Below are positions 9,147-17,317 of a DNA stretch of 64,000 bases, one piece after another (the stretch's first letter is position 1; every line of letters starts with the position of its first letter). Below the pieces are notes generated by a model. It was not told where the DNA came from and searched no databases. It was given only the letters and a program-made list of their open reading frames with translations. Location of the stretch: IMG/VR virus record IMGVR_UViG_3300045988_177154, positions 160,001 through 224,000 of that record; one strand, written 5' to 3'. The stretch comes from a virus. A program made the translations under genes and the position numbers.

Positions 9147-11762
9147 ATGAAAAAACAAACTATTATTGCCGGAGCTGCTATTCTGGCCTCAACTACTGGA
9201 ACAACTGCATTCGCAGAGGAAGTTAACCCAACTACTCCTCCTACTGAAATTGTAGCCACAACTACAACTGATACAGTAACAACAACTAATAATGTAGCTA
9301 AACCTGTTGAAACAACAGAAGCTACTACTACAACAGAAAATGCTACTCCTATCGAGAAAGCAGAAAAACAAGTAGGAGAAACTGGCAAAGCAGTTACTGA
9401 CGCTGAAAATTCTGCTAAAGAAACTTTCGAAAAAGAAACTCAAGATAAATCTGCTTATGACAAAGCAACAAATGAAGCAAAAAAAGCTCAAGGTGATGTT
9501 GATAAAACAAAAGAAGATTTAACTAATTCTAAAAATAAATTAGCAGAAGATGAATCAAAAGCTCCTCAATTAGAGAAAAAACTTGCTAATGCTAATAAAT
9601 CTGTAACAGATACAGAAAAAGAAATTTCTGATACAAAAAATGATTTGGCAGCTGCTAAAGAAAATCAATCTAATGAAGAAGCTAAAATCCAACCACAAGT
9701 TAATGCTTTGAAGAAAGCTACTACTGACAAAAAGAATGCTCAAGATAAAGTAGATACTATCAAACAAGATTTGAAAACTAATCAAGCAAATGAAGCTACT
9801 TTAACTGGCGAAATCAATGATTTAACTGCTGCTAAAGAAGTTGCTAACAAAGAAGTAACTTCTACAGGCAATGCTTTGGAAAATGCTAAAAAAGCTGACC
9901 AAACTCGTGCTAATAATATTGCTTCACAAAAAACAATTGTAGCACAAGATACAACAGACAAAAATAATTCTATCGCAACAGAAAAAGCAAAAACTGCTGA
10001 AAAAGAAAAATTAGCTACTGATTTGGATTCTGCTAAGAAAGCATTAGCAGACAATTTGGAAATTCCATTAACAGATGCTTATATTTCTGCTCTTAAAGCT
10101 TATAAACAAAACAAAACAACTGCTAACAGTGACGCTGTAAATAAAATTGCTCAAGAAATTCTAAAATCAAAACAAGTTAAAGCTGCAATGGAATTGCTTA
10201 AAGAAAGTGATACACGTGCTGTTGACCCATCTAATCTTACAACTGAACAATTAAAAGAATTGAATATCCGTATGGCTCAATTTATTGAAGATGTACGTAC
10301 TAAATTCGGTACATTCTCTCCAACTATGGTTCGTGTAAGTGAAGAATCAGTAAACCTATCTAAACTTATCGGTGAAACATATAAAAATGCTATTCGTAAA
10401 GCTGCTGGTAATACAAATCCTACTGTATGGAACGCAGCTGAATTAGGCCACTTGAAGAGTAGCGAAACTGTTGGTGCTAACTTAACAAAAGCTGGTTATA
10501 ACACTACAGCTGCTCCAATTCGTATGGAAACACTTGCTTATTCACCTGAAACAGATATGACAACAATGGGTGAACTAAAAGCTGAAGTTTACAACAGCAT
10601 GATTCGTTGGTTGTATGATGATGAATTGAGTGATTGGGGCCATGCTCTTATCCAATCTGGTTTAGTTTGGAACTACAAGAAAACTGAATTACAAACTTTC
10701 GTAGTTCAAGACGGAAGCTACGTGTTGATTGGTGCTGATGAAACAAGCTTGAAAGAGCAAGATAGCAAATTGAAAACTAAAGAGTATGACATTCCAACAA
10801 CAGATTTCAATGCAGCTAACGCTCGTGTAACTACTCTTGAAAAACAAATCGAAACAAACAAAGCTGAATTGGCTCAAGCTACTAAGAATGTAAAAGCTAC
10901 AACTCAAAAACTTGAAGATTCAACAAATGAATTGAAACGTTTAGAAGCAGTTGAGATTCTTACACCAAAAGCTCAAGAAGCTTATGACAATGCAGTTGCT
11001 AAACATACTGATTTATCTAACCAATTAACAGACAAGAAAAATACTCTTGCTACTGTTCAAGCTAAGATTAAAGAATTAAACATTGCTCTTCCACAAGCTG
11101 AAACTGCTTTAGAAAATGCTACAAAAGTTTACGATAATGCTAAATCTGAATATGATAAAGTAAGTGCTGATGTAGAAAAAGCAAAAGCAGAAGTGAAGCG
11201 TATTGAAAATCAATTAGAAACACTTAATGCTAAATTAAAAGACAACAAAGCAAATGTTGCTTCTACTCAAGAAGAAATTGCTAACAACAACAAAGAAATT
11301 GAAACACTAACAAATTCAATTAAAGAACTTGAAAAACAACTTAAAGAGCAAGAAAAAACACTTGAAGAAAAAGTTAAAGTTCAAAAAGAAAAAGAAGCAA
11401 TTTACTTGAAAGCTAAAGAAGCTGCTGATAAAGAACGTGCTAAAATTGCTGAACTTAAAGCAAAACACGAAGAAGCGGTTTCTAAATTAGAAGCATTGAA
11501 AGAAGAACAAGCTCGTAAAGAACAAGAAAAGGCTCGTGAAGAACAACGACAAAGAGAGCTTGAAGATTACAACCGTGCTATTGATGAAGTATTGTATGGA
11601 ACAAATGCTACAACAAATACAACAACTCCTAACAAATCTAAAAACACATTGCCGGTAACTAACACTTCTAATGAATCAATCTATATTGTTTTTGGGGCTG
11701 CTATTCTTGCCTTCCTTGCTGGACTTGGTTTATACTTCAAAAAGAAAAACAAAAAAGACTAA
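9147..11762 (+). CDS. coiled-coil surface protein, PrgA/Sec10 surface-exclusion-like, with a non-canonical LPVTN sorting-like signal
   Basis: Signal peptide and long coiled coils flanking a globular core (LTTEQLKELN..FIEDVR..WNAAELGHL..SDWGHAL). The C-terminus is LPVTN, then a hydrophobic stretch, then KKKNKKD. Confidence 0.55.
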   Translation: MKKQTIIAGAAILASTTGTTAFAEEVNPTTPPTEIVATTTTDTVTTTNNVAKPVETTEATTTTENATPIEKAEKQVGETGKAVTDAENSAKETFEKETQDKSAYDKATNEAKKAQGDVDKTKEDLTNSKNKLAEDESKAPQLEKKLANANKSVTDTEKEISDTKNDLAAAKENQSNEEAKIQPQVNALKKATTDKKNAQDKVDTIKQDLKTNQANEATLTGEINDLTAAKEVANKEVTSTGNALENAKKADQTRANNIASQKTIVAQDTTDKNNSIATEKAKTAEKEKLATDLDSAKKALADNLEIPLTDAYISALKAYKQNKTTANSDAVNKIAQEILKSKQVKAAMELLKESDTRAVDPSNLTTEQLKELNIRMAQFIEDVRTKFGTFSPTMVRVSEESVNLSKLIGETYKNAIRKAAGNTNPTVWNAAELGHLKSSETVGANLTKAGYNTTAAPIRMETLAYSPETDMTTMGELKAEVYNSMIRWLYDDELSDWGHALIQSGLVWNYKKTELQTFVVQDGSYVLIGADETSLKEQDSKLKTKEYDIPTTDFNAANARVTTLEKQIETNKAELAQATKNVKATTQKLEDSTNELKRLEAVEILTPKAQEAYDNAVAKHTDLSNQLTDKKNTLATVQAKIKELNIALPQAETALENATKVYDNAKSEYDKVSADVEKAKAEVKRIENQLETLNAKLKDNKANVASTQEEIANNNKEIETLTNSIKELEKQLKEQEKTLEEKVKVQKEKEAIYLKAKEAADKERAKIAELKAKHEEAVSKLEALKEEQARKEQEKAREEQRQRELEDYNRAIDEVLYGTNATTNTTTPNKSKNTLPVTNTSNESIYIVFGAAILAFLAGLGLYFKKKNKKD

Positions 11763-11764
11763 CA

Positions 11765-11798
11765 AAAAGAGCTATCTAAGATAGCTCTTTTCTTTTTG
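11765..11798 (+). terminator. rho-independent terminator
   Basis: Stem aagagctatc/gatagctctt plus a T-run. Similar to the terminators at 39.44 and 51.31 kb. Confidence 0.8.
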
Positions 11799-11799
11799 T

Positions 11800-11920
11800 T
11801 TTAAGCGATTTTAAGCGACTCTAAGCTGTTTTTATTATAAGTCGATACATTTATCGAAAATCAGTTTTTACAGTCATAGCGTTTCACTAGTGACGATATA
11901 ACGATATTCAAAATCAGTTT
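11800..11920 (+). repeat. dispersed intergenic repeat, copy R2
   Basis: Contains TCGATACATTTATCGA (11842-11857), tgacgatataac and aaaatcagtt. Confidence 0.85.
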
Positions 11921-12021
11921 GAGAACATTATTCCAACCGAAAGTTTTTAATTCTATTCTTATTTGACAAATCTCTAAAAATATTATACAATAGTAATATA
12001 AAGCGAAAGGTGATTAAATAT

Positions 12022-12651
12022 ATGACTTTAAAAGATTTAACTAGGCAAGAACTTTTACAAATTTACTATAATGAAGCTTTAGAATTGCTATTCAATCAAG
12101 AAAAGATAACAAAAGAATGGCTTACAAAAATAAAAGAAAAATTCAAATTAGAAAGTTTTCGATTAGGAGTTTGCTTCGACAAGGACAATCCCACAATCAT
12201 TGAAGAAATTTCTGTTATTGATAGCATTACTCATAAATCACGTTATTTTTGGAGCTCTTATAATGAATTAGGGCATTATGAAGATGTTCATTGTTCAGAA
12301 TATACGGGTAATGATAGAGTAGTTATTAAAAAGATTATAGAACTTTCTAAAGCGAACAAAATTTATACAATGAATTGCTATGATGAAGATTATTTGTTAA
12401 ATTCAGAAACGTATAAGAAATTAAGTAGTCATTTCTTTAAAAACTTGGATTATCGTTTATGGCAACATAATAGAGATAATTACAAAATAGAAAATTTAAA
12501 AGATTTACATAAACTAAAAGATTATACTGTTCTTATTACTGATGGGTTAATCTCTTTAAAACACAAAACAGACGATTTTAAAATTGAAATTATTACAGTT
12601 TCTAAACCTGTTGATTACAAGGAAGAGTGGAAAGAAGAAAGAGAATACTGA
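12022..12651 (+). CDS. hypothetical protein
   Basis: The ATG at 12022 is better spaced from the GAAAGG RBS than the GTG at 12010 given in the track. Confidence 0.5.
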   Translation: MTLKDLTRQELLQIYYNEALELLFNQEKITKEWLTKIKEKFKLESFRLGVCFDKDNPTIIEEISVIDSITHKSRYFWSSYNELGHYEDVHCSEYTGNDRVVIKKIIELSKANKIYTMNCYDEDYLLNSETYKKLSSHFFKNLDYRLWQHNRDNYKIENLKDLHKLKDYTVLITDGLISLKHKTDDFKIEIITVSKPVDYKEEWKEEREY

Positions 12652-13292
12652 TGAAACAAGAAAAATATTTAACTGAAACATTAGCAAAATTTTGGGAAAA
12701 GCTTTCCTTACCAAGTTCTATCATTACAAGTTATTCTGAAATTGAAATACCCTTTAATTGGGGGAGTTTCTATTATAGAGCTAATACTGGGGAAACTAGA
12801 ATCCATTACAAAAAGAAAATCAATAAATGGAGTTATAGTGGATTACAAAATTCAAATCTTTGTAATATGATTATTTATAACAGCGAATACAAAAGATTGC
12901 CTAATAGAGTAGTAAAAGAACTAACAGAAGCGATGAACAATAACTTAGAAGAGCTGTTAATTGATTCTGCTTTTAAAAATAAAAATATGCTATCATTTGT
13001 AACTCACCCTCTTATCCTAGAATTTAATAAAATTAGTCAGAAGCTTATTGCACTTAATCAAGATGAAAAAGTCATTTGGCTTGATAAATACAATTTTGCT
13101 ATGATTAAGAATTTAGATGATGAATATAAAATTTACTATAAGAGCTTAACTTTCACTTTTTATATTTCAATTCCAAAAGATGAAAGACAAAGACCTCATA
13201 TTGAAGAATTTACTTATGATGAAAATAAAATGATTTATCCTACTGTTAAAGAATACATGAAACGACTAAGTGCTGAATTGGATAAAAAATAA
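12651..13292 (+). CDS. hypothetical protein
   Basis: The ATG overlaps the upstream TGA (TGATG coupling). The track start at 12627 is in frame upstream. Confidence 0.5.
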   Translation: MKQEKYLTETLAKFWEKLSLPSSIITSYSEIEIPFNWGSFYYRANTGETRIHYKKKINKWSYSGLQNSNLCNMIIYNSEYKRLPNRVVKELTEAMNNNLEELLIDSAFKNKNMLSFVTHPLILEFNKISQKLIALNQDEKVIWLDKYNFAMIKNLDDEYKIYYKSLTFTFYISIPKDERQRPHIEEFTYDENKMIYPTVKEYMKRLSAELDKK

Positions 13293-13320
13293 AAGAGAGT
13301 GAAAAATCACTCTCTTTTTT
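13291..13320. terminator. bidirectional terminator between convergent genes
   Basis: Stem aaagagagtga/tcactctcttt flanked by A- and T-runs. Confidence 0.75.
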
Positions 13321-14164
13321 AAGTCCTAATTGTTAAACGAATGCTATCGCCTCTATCATTAAATTTAGAGAACTCATCGTATCTACCTGCATCTTTAAGA
13401 GCTTTTGTATCTACAATATTTTTCGTATATTCTGGCACATATGAAAGTGTTGCAGTACCAACTTTAATTTCATCAACACCTGCTTCTTTCATGTTTTCCA
13501 TAATTTCATTTCGCATTTGTTTTTCTAATTCTTTAGTTTGTTTTAAAGTATCTTCAAATTGTTTTAATTGGCGTAGAGCTTCTCTAGTTTCGTCATTGAT
13601 TTGAGCATTACCATCTTCATCAACACTTAAATTAAAGTTAATTGACTCACCTGATGGCATAACCATACGTTCCTCAAAGCGAATAGCTCTAGCATCTTTT
13701 TCAACATCTAATGAAGTATGCTCTCTCACATTTACTTCTTTTGAATATTGTTCATAAAGACCACTTTCTTTTAATCTTTCTGTATCTACACCAAGAACAG
13801 GTTTACCCTCAATAAATGAGATGCTTCCCACTTCATCTTTGATAGATTTCACATTTAACTCTTTCATAGAGTTAAGGATTTGATTTCTAGCGTTTTCTTT
13901 AATATTATCTAAACGCTTCATAACAATACGCAAGTTATTAAGTTTAACAACTGCTAATTCTGTTTCTTTATCAACTTGAACCCAATTACCACTTCTTGCA
14001 ATTCCAAATGATTGAGCACTTTGTAATTGTTCGTTTAAATCATCAGCAATCGCCATGCCTTCATCAATTGTATTGAAATGGTCAGAAATTGCTCCGTAAG
14101 GGCATGCTTTAGTAGCTCTACATCGCTTTGGTGTTCCGTCTTTTCCAATATGATACTTAGCCAT
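13319..14164 (-). CDS. HCCH-module family protein 2, with an internally duplicated C-terminal domain
   Basis: N-terminus AKYHIGKDGTPKRCRATKACPYGAISDHFNT. Two repeats of about 80 aa (RNQILNSMKE..VDTERLKESGLYEQYSK and RNEIMENMKE..VDTKALKDAGRYDEFSK). Confidence 0.7.
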   Translation of the reverse strand: MAKYHIGKDGTPKRCRATKACPYGAISDHFNTIDEGMAIADDLNEQLQSAQSFGIARSGNWVQVDKETELAVVKLNNLRIVMKRLDNIKENARNQILNSMKELNVKSIKDEVGSISFIEGKPVLGVDTERLKESGLYEQYSKEVNVREHTSLDVEKDARAIRFEERMVMPSGESINFNLSVDEDGNAQINDETREALRQLKQFEDTLKQTKELEKQMRNEIMENMKEAGVDEIKVGTATLSYVPEYTKNIVDTKALKDAGRYDEFSKFNDRGDSIRLTIRT

Positions 14165-14349
14165 TATTCCACCTCATCTTCGTCTAAGTCAATAACTAAA
14201 TCGTCAATAACTAACCTTTTAAGATTATTAGCTTTCATGAAGAAAATTAGTTTTTCTCTTAATACAATCATACTTTCTGCTTGTTTATCTAATTTAGCTT
14301 GGTTATTTTCTAACTTCTCTAAATTAGAGTTAATTTCTGCTTTATTCAT
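14164..14349 (-). CDS. small coiled-coil protein
   Basis: Its stop overlaps the ATG of the downstream gene (TAATG); AGGAG RBS. Confidence 0.45.
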   Translation of the reverse strand: MNKAEINSNLEKLENNQAKLDKQAESMIVLREKLIFFMKANNLKRLVIDDLVIDLDEDEVE

Positions 14350-14399
14350 TAGGCTTACTCCTTTTTTATTTTCTATATCACTTAGTTGTTGCTAGAAAA

Positions 14400-14418
14400 G
14401 GAATAATATAACTATAAG
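14400..14418 (+). promoter_or_regulatory. conserved promoter-like motif GGAATAATATAACTATAAG
   Basis: Same motif as 6190-6210, about 25 nt upstream of the ATG at 14443. Confidence 0.6.
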
Positions 14419-14442
14419 AAGATTTTTAAAAAGAGGTTCAAG

Positions 14443-14922
14443 ATGAACAAAAAATACTATGAAATTCAAGATTTTAGTATCTTTAATAAAGACAAAATCA
14501 AAGAAGTTATTTTTGAAGTAGCAGGTATTAAAATTGAAACTTCATTTAGTCGTGATGAAATTGAAAATATTTATGCTCAAGGATATGTATGTAAACAAGG
14601 CTTTGAAGATTTAGACATTGTATTAGAGCCTGAATATAGAATAGTCGATTTAATTTTTGTAGCTAGAAAAGATTTCTCAATGATACCAAATGAGGAATTA
14701 GAATGGATGGTTACTAAATTTGAAGCTAATGAAGATTATCTAATGACTGTTAAGTTAATAAATGATGAAGTTTACACTTTCCAAATCAGCACTCCACAAA
14801 TGAAGAGTATTAAATCTTTACATTGTATTACTCTCACTGATACAAGTGGTGGGAAACGATTTGTAGCTGAAGCTCGAAAGGGTAATTATGATACTTCACA
14901 AATGGAAGTTAAATTTGTTTAA
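14443..14922 (+). CDS. hypothetical protein
   Basis: AGAGG RBS; terminator follows. Confidence 0.5.
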   Translation: MNKKYYEIQDFSIFNKDKIKEVIFEVAGIKIETSFSRDEIENIYAQGYVCKQGFEDLDIVLEPEYRIVDLIFVARKDFSMIPNEELEWMVTKFEANEDYLMTVKLINDEVYTFQISTPQMKSIKSLHCITLTDTSGGKRFVAEARKGNYDTSQMEVKFV

Positions 14923-14990
14923 AAAGGAGTTGTTAAAACTCCTTTTTTGTTGTATAATATGACTATCACAAAAAAGAAAAGAGAAAATTT

Positions 14991-15275
14991 ATGAAGCGAG
15001 TATGGAAATCAAATATCCAACCATGCCCATGGAGTCCTACCGGAACAATTGATGTGGGCCAAAAAGTTAATATTGAAGTAGAAGAAGTAAAACGTGTAGT
15101 TCTAACTGAAAATGATTTACACTTTTATCCAACACAAGAGCAATTGAAAACTATTGAATTTGTTGCTCCTAAAGAAGTTTATGATAAATTATTCCACGCT
15201 TATTACAATTTGCGTGAAATCACAAAAAGTGGAAGAGTTAAAGATAGCAAGCTAATGCTTAAATGCTTAGATTAG
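14991..15275 (+). CDS. hypothetical protein
   Basis: ORF downstream of a TGtTGTATAAT-type promoter. Confidence 0.45.
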   Translation: MKRVWKSNIQPCPWSPTGTIDVGQKVNIEVEEVKRVVLTENDLHFYPTQEQLKTIEFVAPKEVYDKLFHAYYNLREITKSGRVKDSKLMLKCLD

Positions 15276-15285
15276 GAGTAGAAGA

Positions 15286-16092
15286 ATGGAAAACTATTCA
15301 AGTAACAAAGATATATACATTAAAAGAATGAATCAAACGGCTAAATCTAAATTTGCTGTTGTTGAGCCTTATTTATCAAAAGGTATGAAAATTCTTGATT
15401 TTGGCTCAGGTATTTCACCTGAATTTATTTCAGATGTAGACTCATCTGGTGCTGAATATTATGCTTATGATATTTCTAAAACAGTTCAAACAGAATTGGC
15501 AAGTATGGGTGTAAATGTTATCACACAAGAAGATTTAACTAATAAAAAAGTAAAATTTGATGTTATTTATCTATCTAGTGTATTCCATGAAATCATCAGT
15601 TATCTAAATCGTCAAGAACGAACAGAAACAATTGCTATGATTATTAACAATTTAAAATCTGGCGGTTATCTAGTAATTCGTGACTGGGCTAATCCCAATA
15701 ATGACAGCAACTTCAAAATTCAAACTGTTTCTAAACAGGCTGAAGAAGAAATGAATATTTGGATTAAAGAGCTCAAAAAAAATTCTATCATTGATAACGA
15801 TTGTCATAAGCTTGTGGATGGCTCAATTTTAACAAGTTGTACAAATGCTTATGAAATCATTTTCCATACTGTATGGGGCTTAAAATCATTAAGCCGTGAA
15901 TCAAAAGAACAATATAATGTTGAAGAAAGCATTGAGAAATGGATTTATAACCCTTGGGAAAAAGAGTTAAAGCTCCAAACTGTTTATTATGAAACTGATG
16001 AAACTTATTTACCTCATTTACAAAAATACTTTAAATCAGATGAAGTTCCATTTGAAACTAAATCAATTCATATTTTCCAAAAAAATAAATAA
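15286..16092 (+). CDS. class I SAM-dependent methyltransferase
   Basis: Motif I ILDFGSGIS, DVIYLSSVFHEI, and LKSGGYLVIRD. Confidence 0.65.
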   Translation: MENYSSNKDIYIKRMNQTAKSKFAVVEPYLSKGMKILDFGSGISPEFISDVDSSGAEYYAYDISKTVQTELASMGVNVITQEDLTNKKVKFDVIYLSSVFHEIISYLNRQERTETIAMIINNLKSGGYLVIRDWANPNNDSNFKIQTVSKQAEEEMNIWIKELKKNSIIDNDCHKLVDGSILTSCTNAYEIIFHTVWGLKSLSRESKEQYNVEESIEKWIYNPWEKELKLQTVYYETDETYLPHLQKYFKSDEVPFETKSIHIFQKNK

Positions 16093-16098
16093 AATCTA

Positions 16099-16127
16099 TT
16101 GACTTTAATTTTTGATTATGATAGAAT
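16099..16127 (+). promoter_or_regulatory. sigma-A type promoter of the first tRNA transcription unit
   Basis: TTGACT, 17 nt, TAGAAT. Confidence 0.65.
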
Positions 16128-16379
16128 AACTATTGTAAGATAGTTTAAGCATTTGTCAGAACAAGACTTCAAATCCGTACTTGCACCACTACGTACAAAG
16201 CAATCATAAGACCAGTTCATAAGAGTGGATATGAACTACTAAAAGACAGAATGTTAGTTCGATTCTGACAAAAGACTTGTTAATATTTCTTATCATTTGG
16301 CTTAAAGAAGTTTTACAAGGTGACGATGGTTTGGTTCTGAAAAGGCAAAAGGGTTACAATGCCGTTTCTTTTTATTTTT

Positions 16380-16453
16380 GGACCATTAGCTCAATTGGTC
16401 AGAGCACCCGGCTCATAACCGGATGGTTGCAGGTTCGAACCCTGCATGGTCCA
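16380..16453 (+). tRNA. tRNA with CAT anticodon (Ile2/lysidine-type or Met)
   Basis: Cloverleaf GGACCAT..GCTC-AATTGGTCA-GAGC..loop CTCATAA..GCAGG-TTCGAAC-CCTGC..ATGGTCC-A. Closely resembles B. subtilis tRNA-Ile(CAU). CCA is not encoded. Confidence 0.85.
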
Positions 16454-16588
16454 TTCCTAGTTTGGCATATAGTCGACTATGCTAATATTGGTAGGGCCCG
16501 TTAGTGACCCCATATTGAGTTCTAAATCCAGTAACGTAACGGACGATAGTTCTGAATATGAATGTAGGTTCGATTCCTATCTAGGAAA
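16454..16588 (+). ncRNA. 135-nt non-canonical tRNA-like element
   Basis: Perfect 7-bp acceptor-type stem TTCCTAG/CTAGGAA and canonical T-arm GTAGG-TTCGATT-CCTAT. It has a D-arm-like CTA-ATATTGG-TAG but about 60 nt of excess sequence, and I can fold no canonical anticodon arm. Confidence 0.45.
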
Positions 16589-16617
16589 TAAAAATTTAAA
16601 TTTTTTAAATTTTTCTA

Positions 16618-16645
16618 TTGACTTTGCTTAAAATTGTGATATAAT
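16618..16645 (+). promoter_or_regulatory. sigma-A type promoter (extended -10) of the second tRNA unit
   Basis: TTGACT, 16 nt, (TG)aTATAAT. Confidence 0.65.
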
Positions 16646-16693
16646 AATATTATCGGATATGACAAAAGCATCTAAATGATGCTCCTTTCTTAT

Positions 16694-16767
16694 GGCCTGC
16701 TAGCTCAATTGGATAGAGCACACGCCTTCTAAGCGTGCGGTTATAGGTTCGAATCCTATGTGGGCCA
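16694..16767 (+). tRNA. tRNA-Arg (TCT)
   Basis: GGCCTGC..GCTC-AATTGGATA-GAGC..CACGC-CTTCTAA-GCGTG..ATAGG-TTCGAAT-CCTAT..GTGGGCC-A. Confidence 0.9.
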
Positions 16768-17144
16768 TTACTTAGACTCGGACAGCTATCTCATTTAATA
16801 TAGGAAAAATACATTAAAGATACAGTCACCAATTTTTTAAAACAATTTTAAAACGAATTTACGAGTCTAGAATTTAGGAACGAACAGCAATCCTTTTCTA
16901 AACAACTATTAAAGCTAAATAATAATTTGAAATGAAAAAGAGAGTTCCTAGTTTGATTTAAGGGGTTTCTTGTGAAGTTAAATTAGTTCAAAACTAATAA
17001 CTCCTATAAAGCGGGGCCTTTGATTTCCCCCGCTTGAAAATCACTAAAAATAAATGCTCCTAAGAATTTATTTTTTGTTTTTTTCGTTTCTTTTCATTTC
17101 ATTCCGCTTGGGTAATACTTCCTCCTGTTACCCAAGTACATTAT

Positions 17145-17215
17145 TACGGGTTAGTGAAAAGGTATCACATAGGGCTCATTACCCTAAATTGGGGGTTCGA
17201 ATCCCTCGCCCGCAA
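17145..17215 (+). tRNA. tRNA with CAT anticodon and an initiator-like anticodon stem
   Basis: TACGGGT-TA-GTGA-AAAGGTA-TCAC-A-TAGGG-CTCATTA-CCCTA-AATT-GGGGG-TTCGAAT-CCCTC-GCCCGCA-A. It has three G:C pairs at 29-31:39-41, an A-C mismatch at 2:71, and a 4-nt variable loop. Confidence 0.6.
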
Positions 17216-17237
17216 TTTCCATTGGCTACCACCGACA

Positions 17238-17294
17238 AAAAGCTCACTAATTCCAATCATAAAGATTGAAAATTAGTGAGCTTGGTGTTTTTTA
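17238..17294 (+). terminator. terminator of the tRNA unit
   Basis: Long stem agctcactaatt/aattagtgagct plus a T-run. Confidence 0.7.
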
Positions 17295-17317
17295 TAAACA
17301 TGAAAGAAGGTTAATAA

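Noticed and set aside
9140-10907. Five minus-strand ORFs (9140-9388, 9189-9491, 9570-9785, 9782-10054, 10689-10907) inside the PrgA-like gene
   Set aside because: They are low-complexity mirror frames of a repetitive coiled-coil gene, with no RBS. The plus-strand 871-aa ORF has a signal peptide and a sorting signal.
16454-16588. Group I intron-containing tRNA, or tmRNA
   Set aside because: The insert of about 60 nt is far shorter than bacterial group I introns (over 200 nt). The element is far shorter than tmRNA and has no tag ORF. It is kept only as a non-canonical tRNA-like element.
16773-16869. Long-range pairing TAGACTCG/CGAGTCTA in the 375-nt spacer between tRNA-Arg and tRNA(CAT)
   Set aside because: A single 8-bp complement in an AT-rich 400-nt region could arise by chance. 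There is not enough support to call a structured RNA.
16277-17269. ORFs 16277-16504 (+) and 17054-17269 (+)
   Set aside because: They run through tRNA genes and tRNA-like structures and have no RBS. They are artefacts of open frames across RNA genes.
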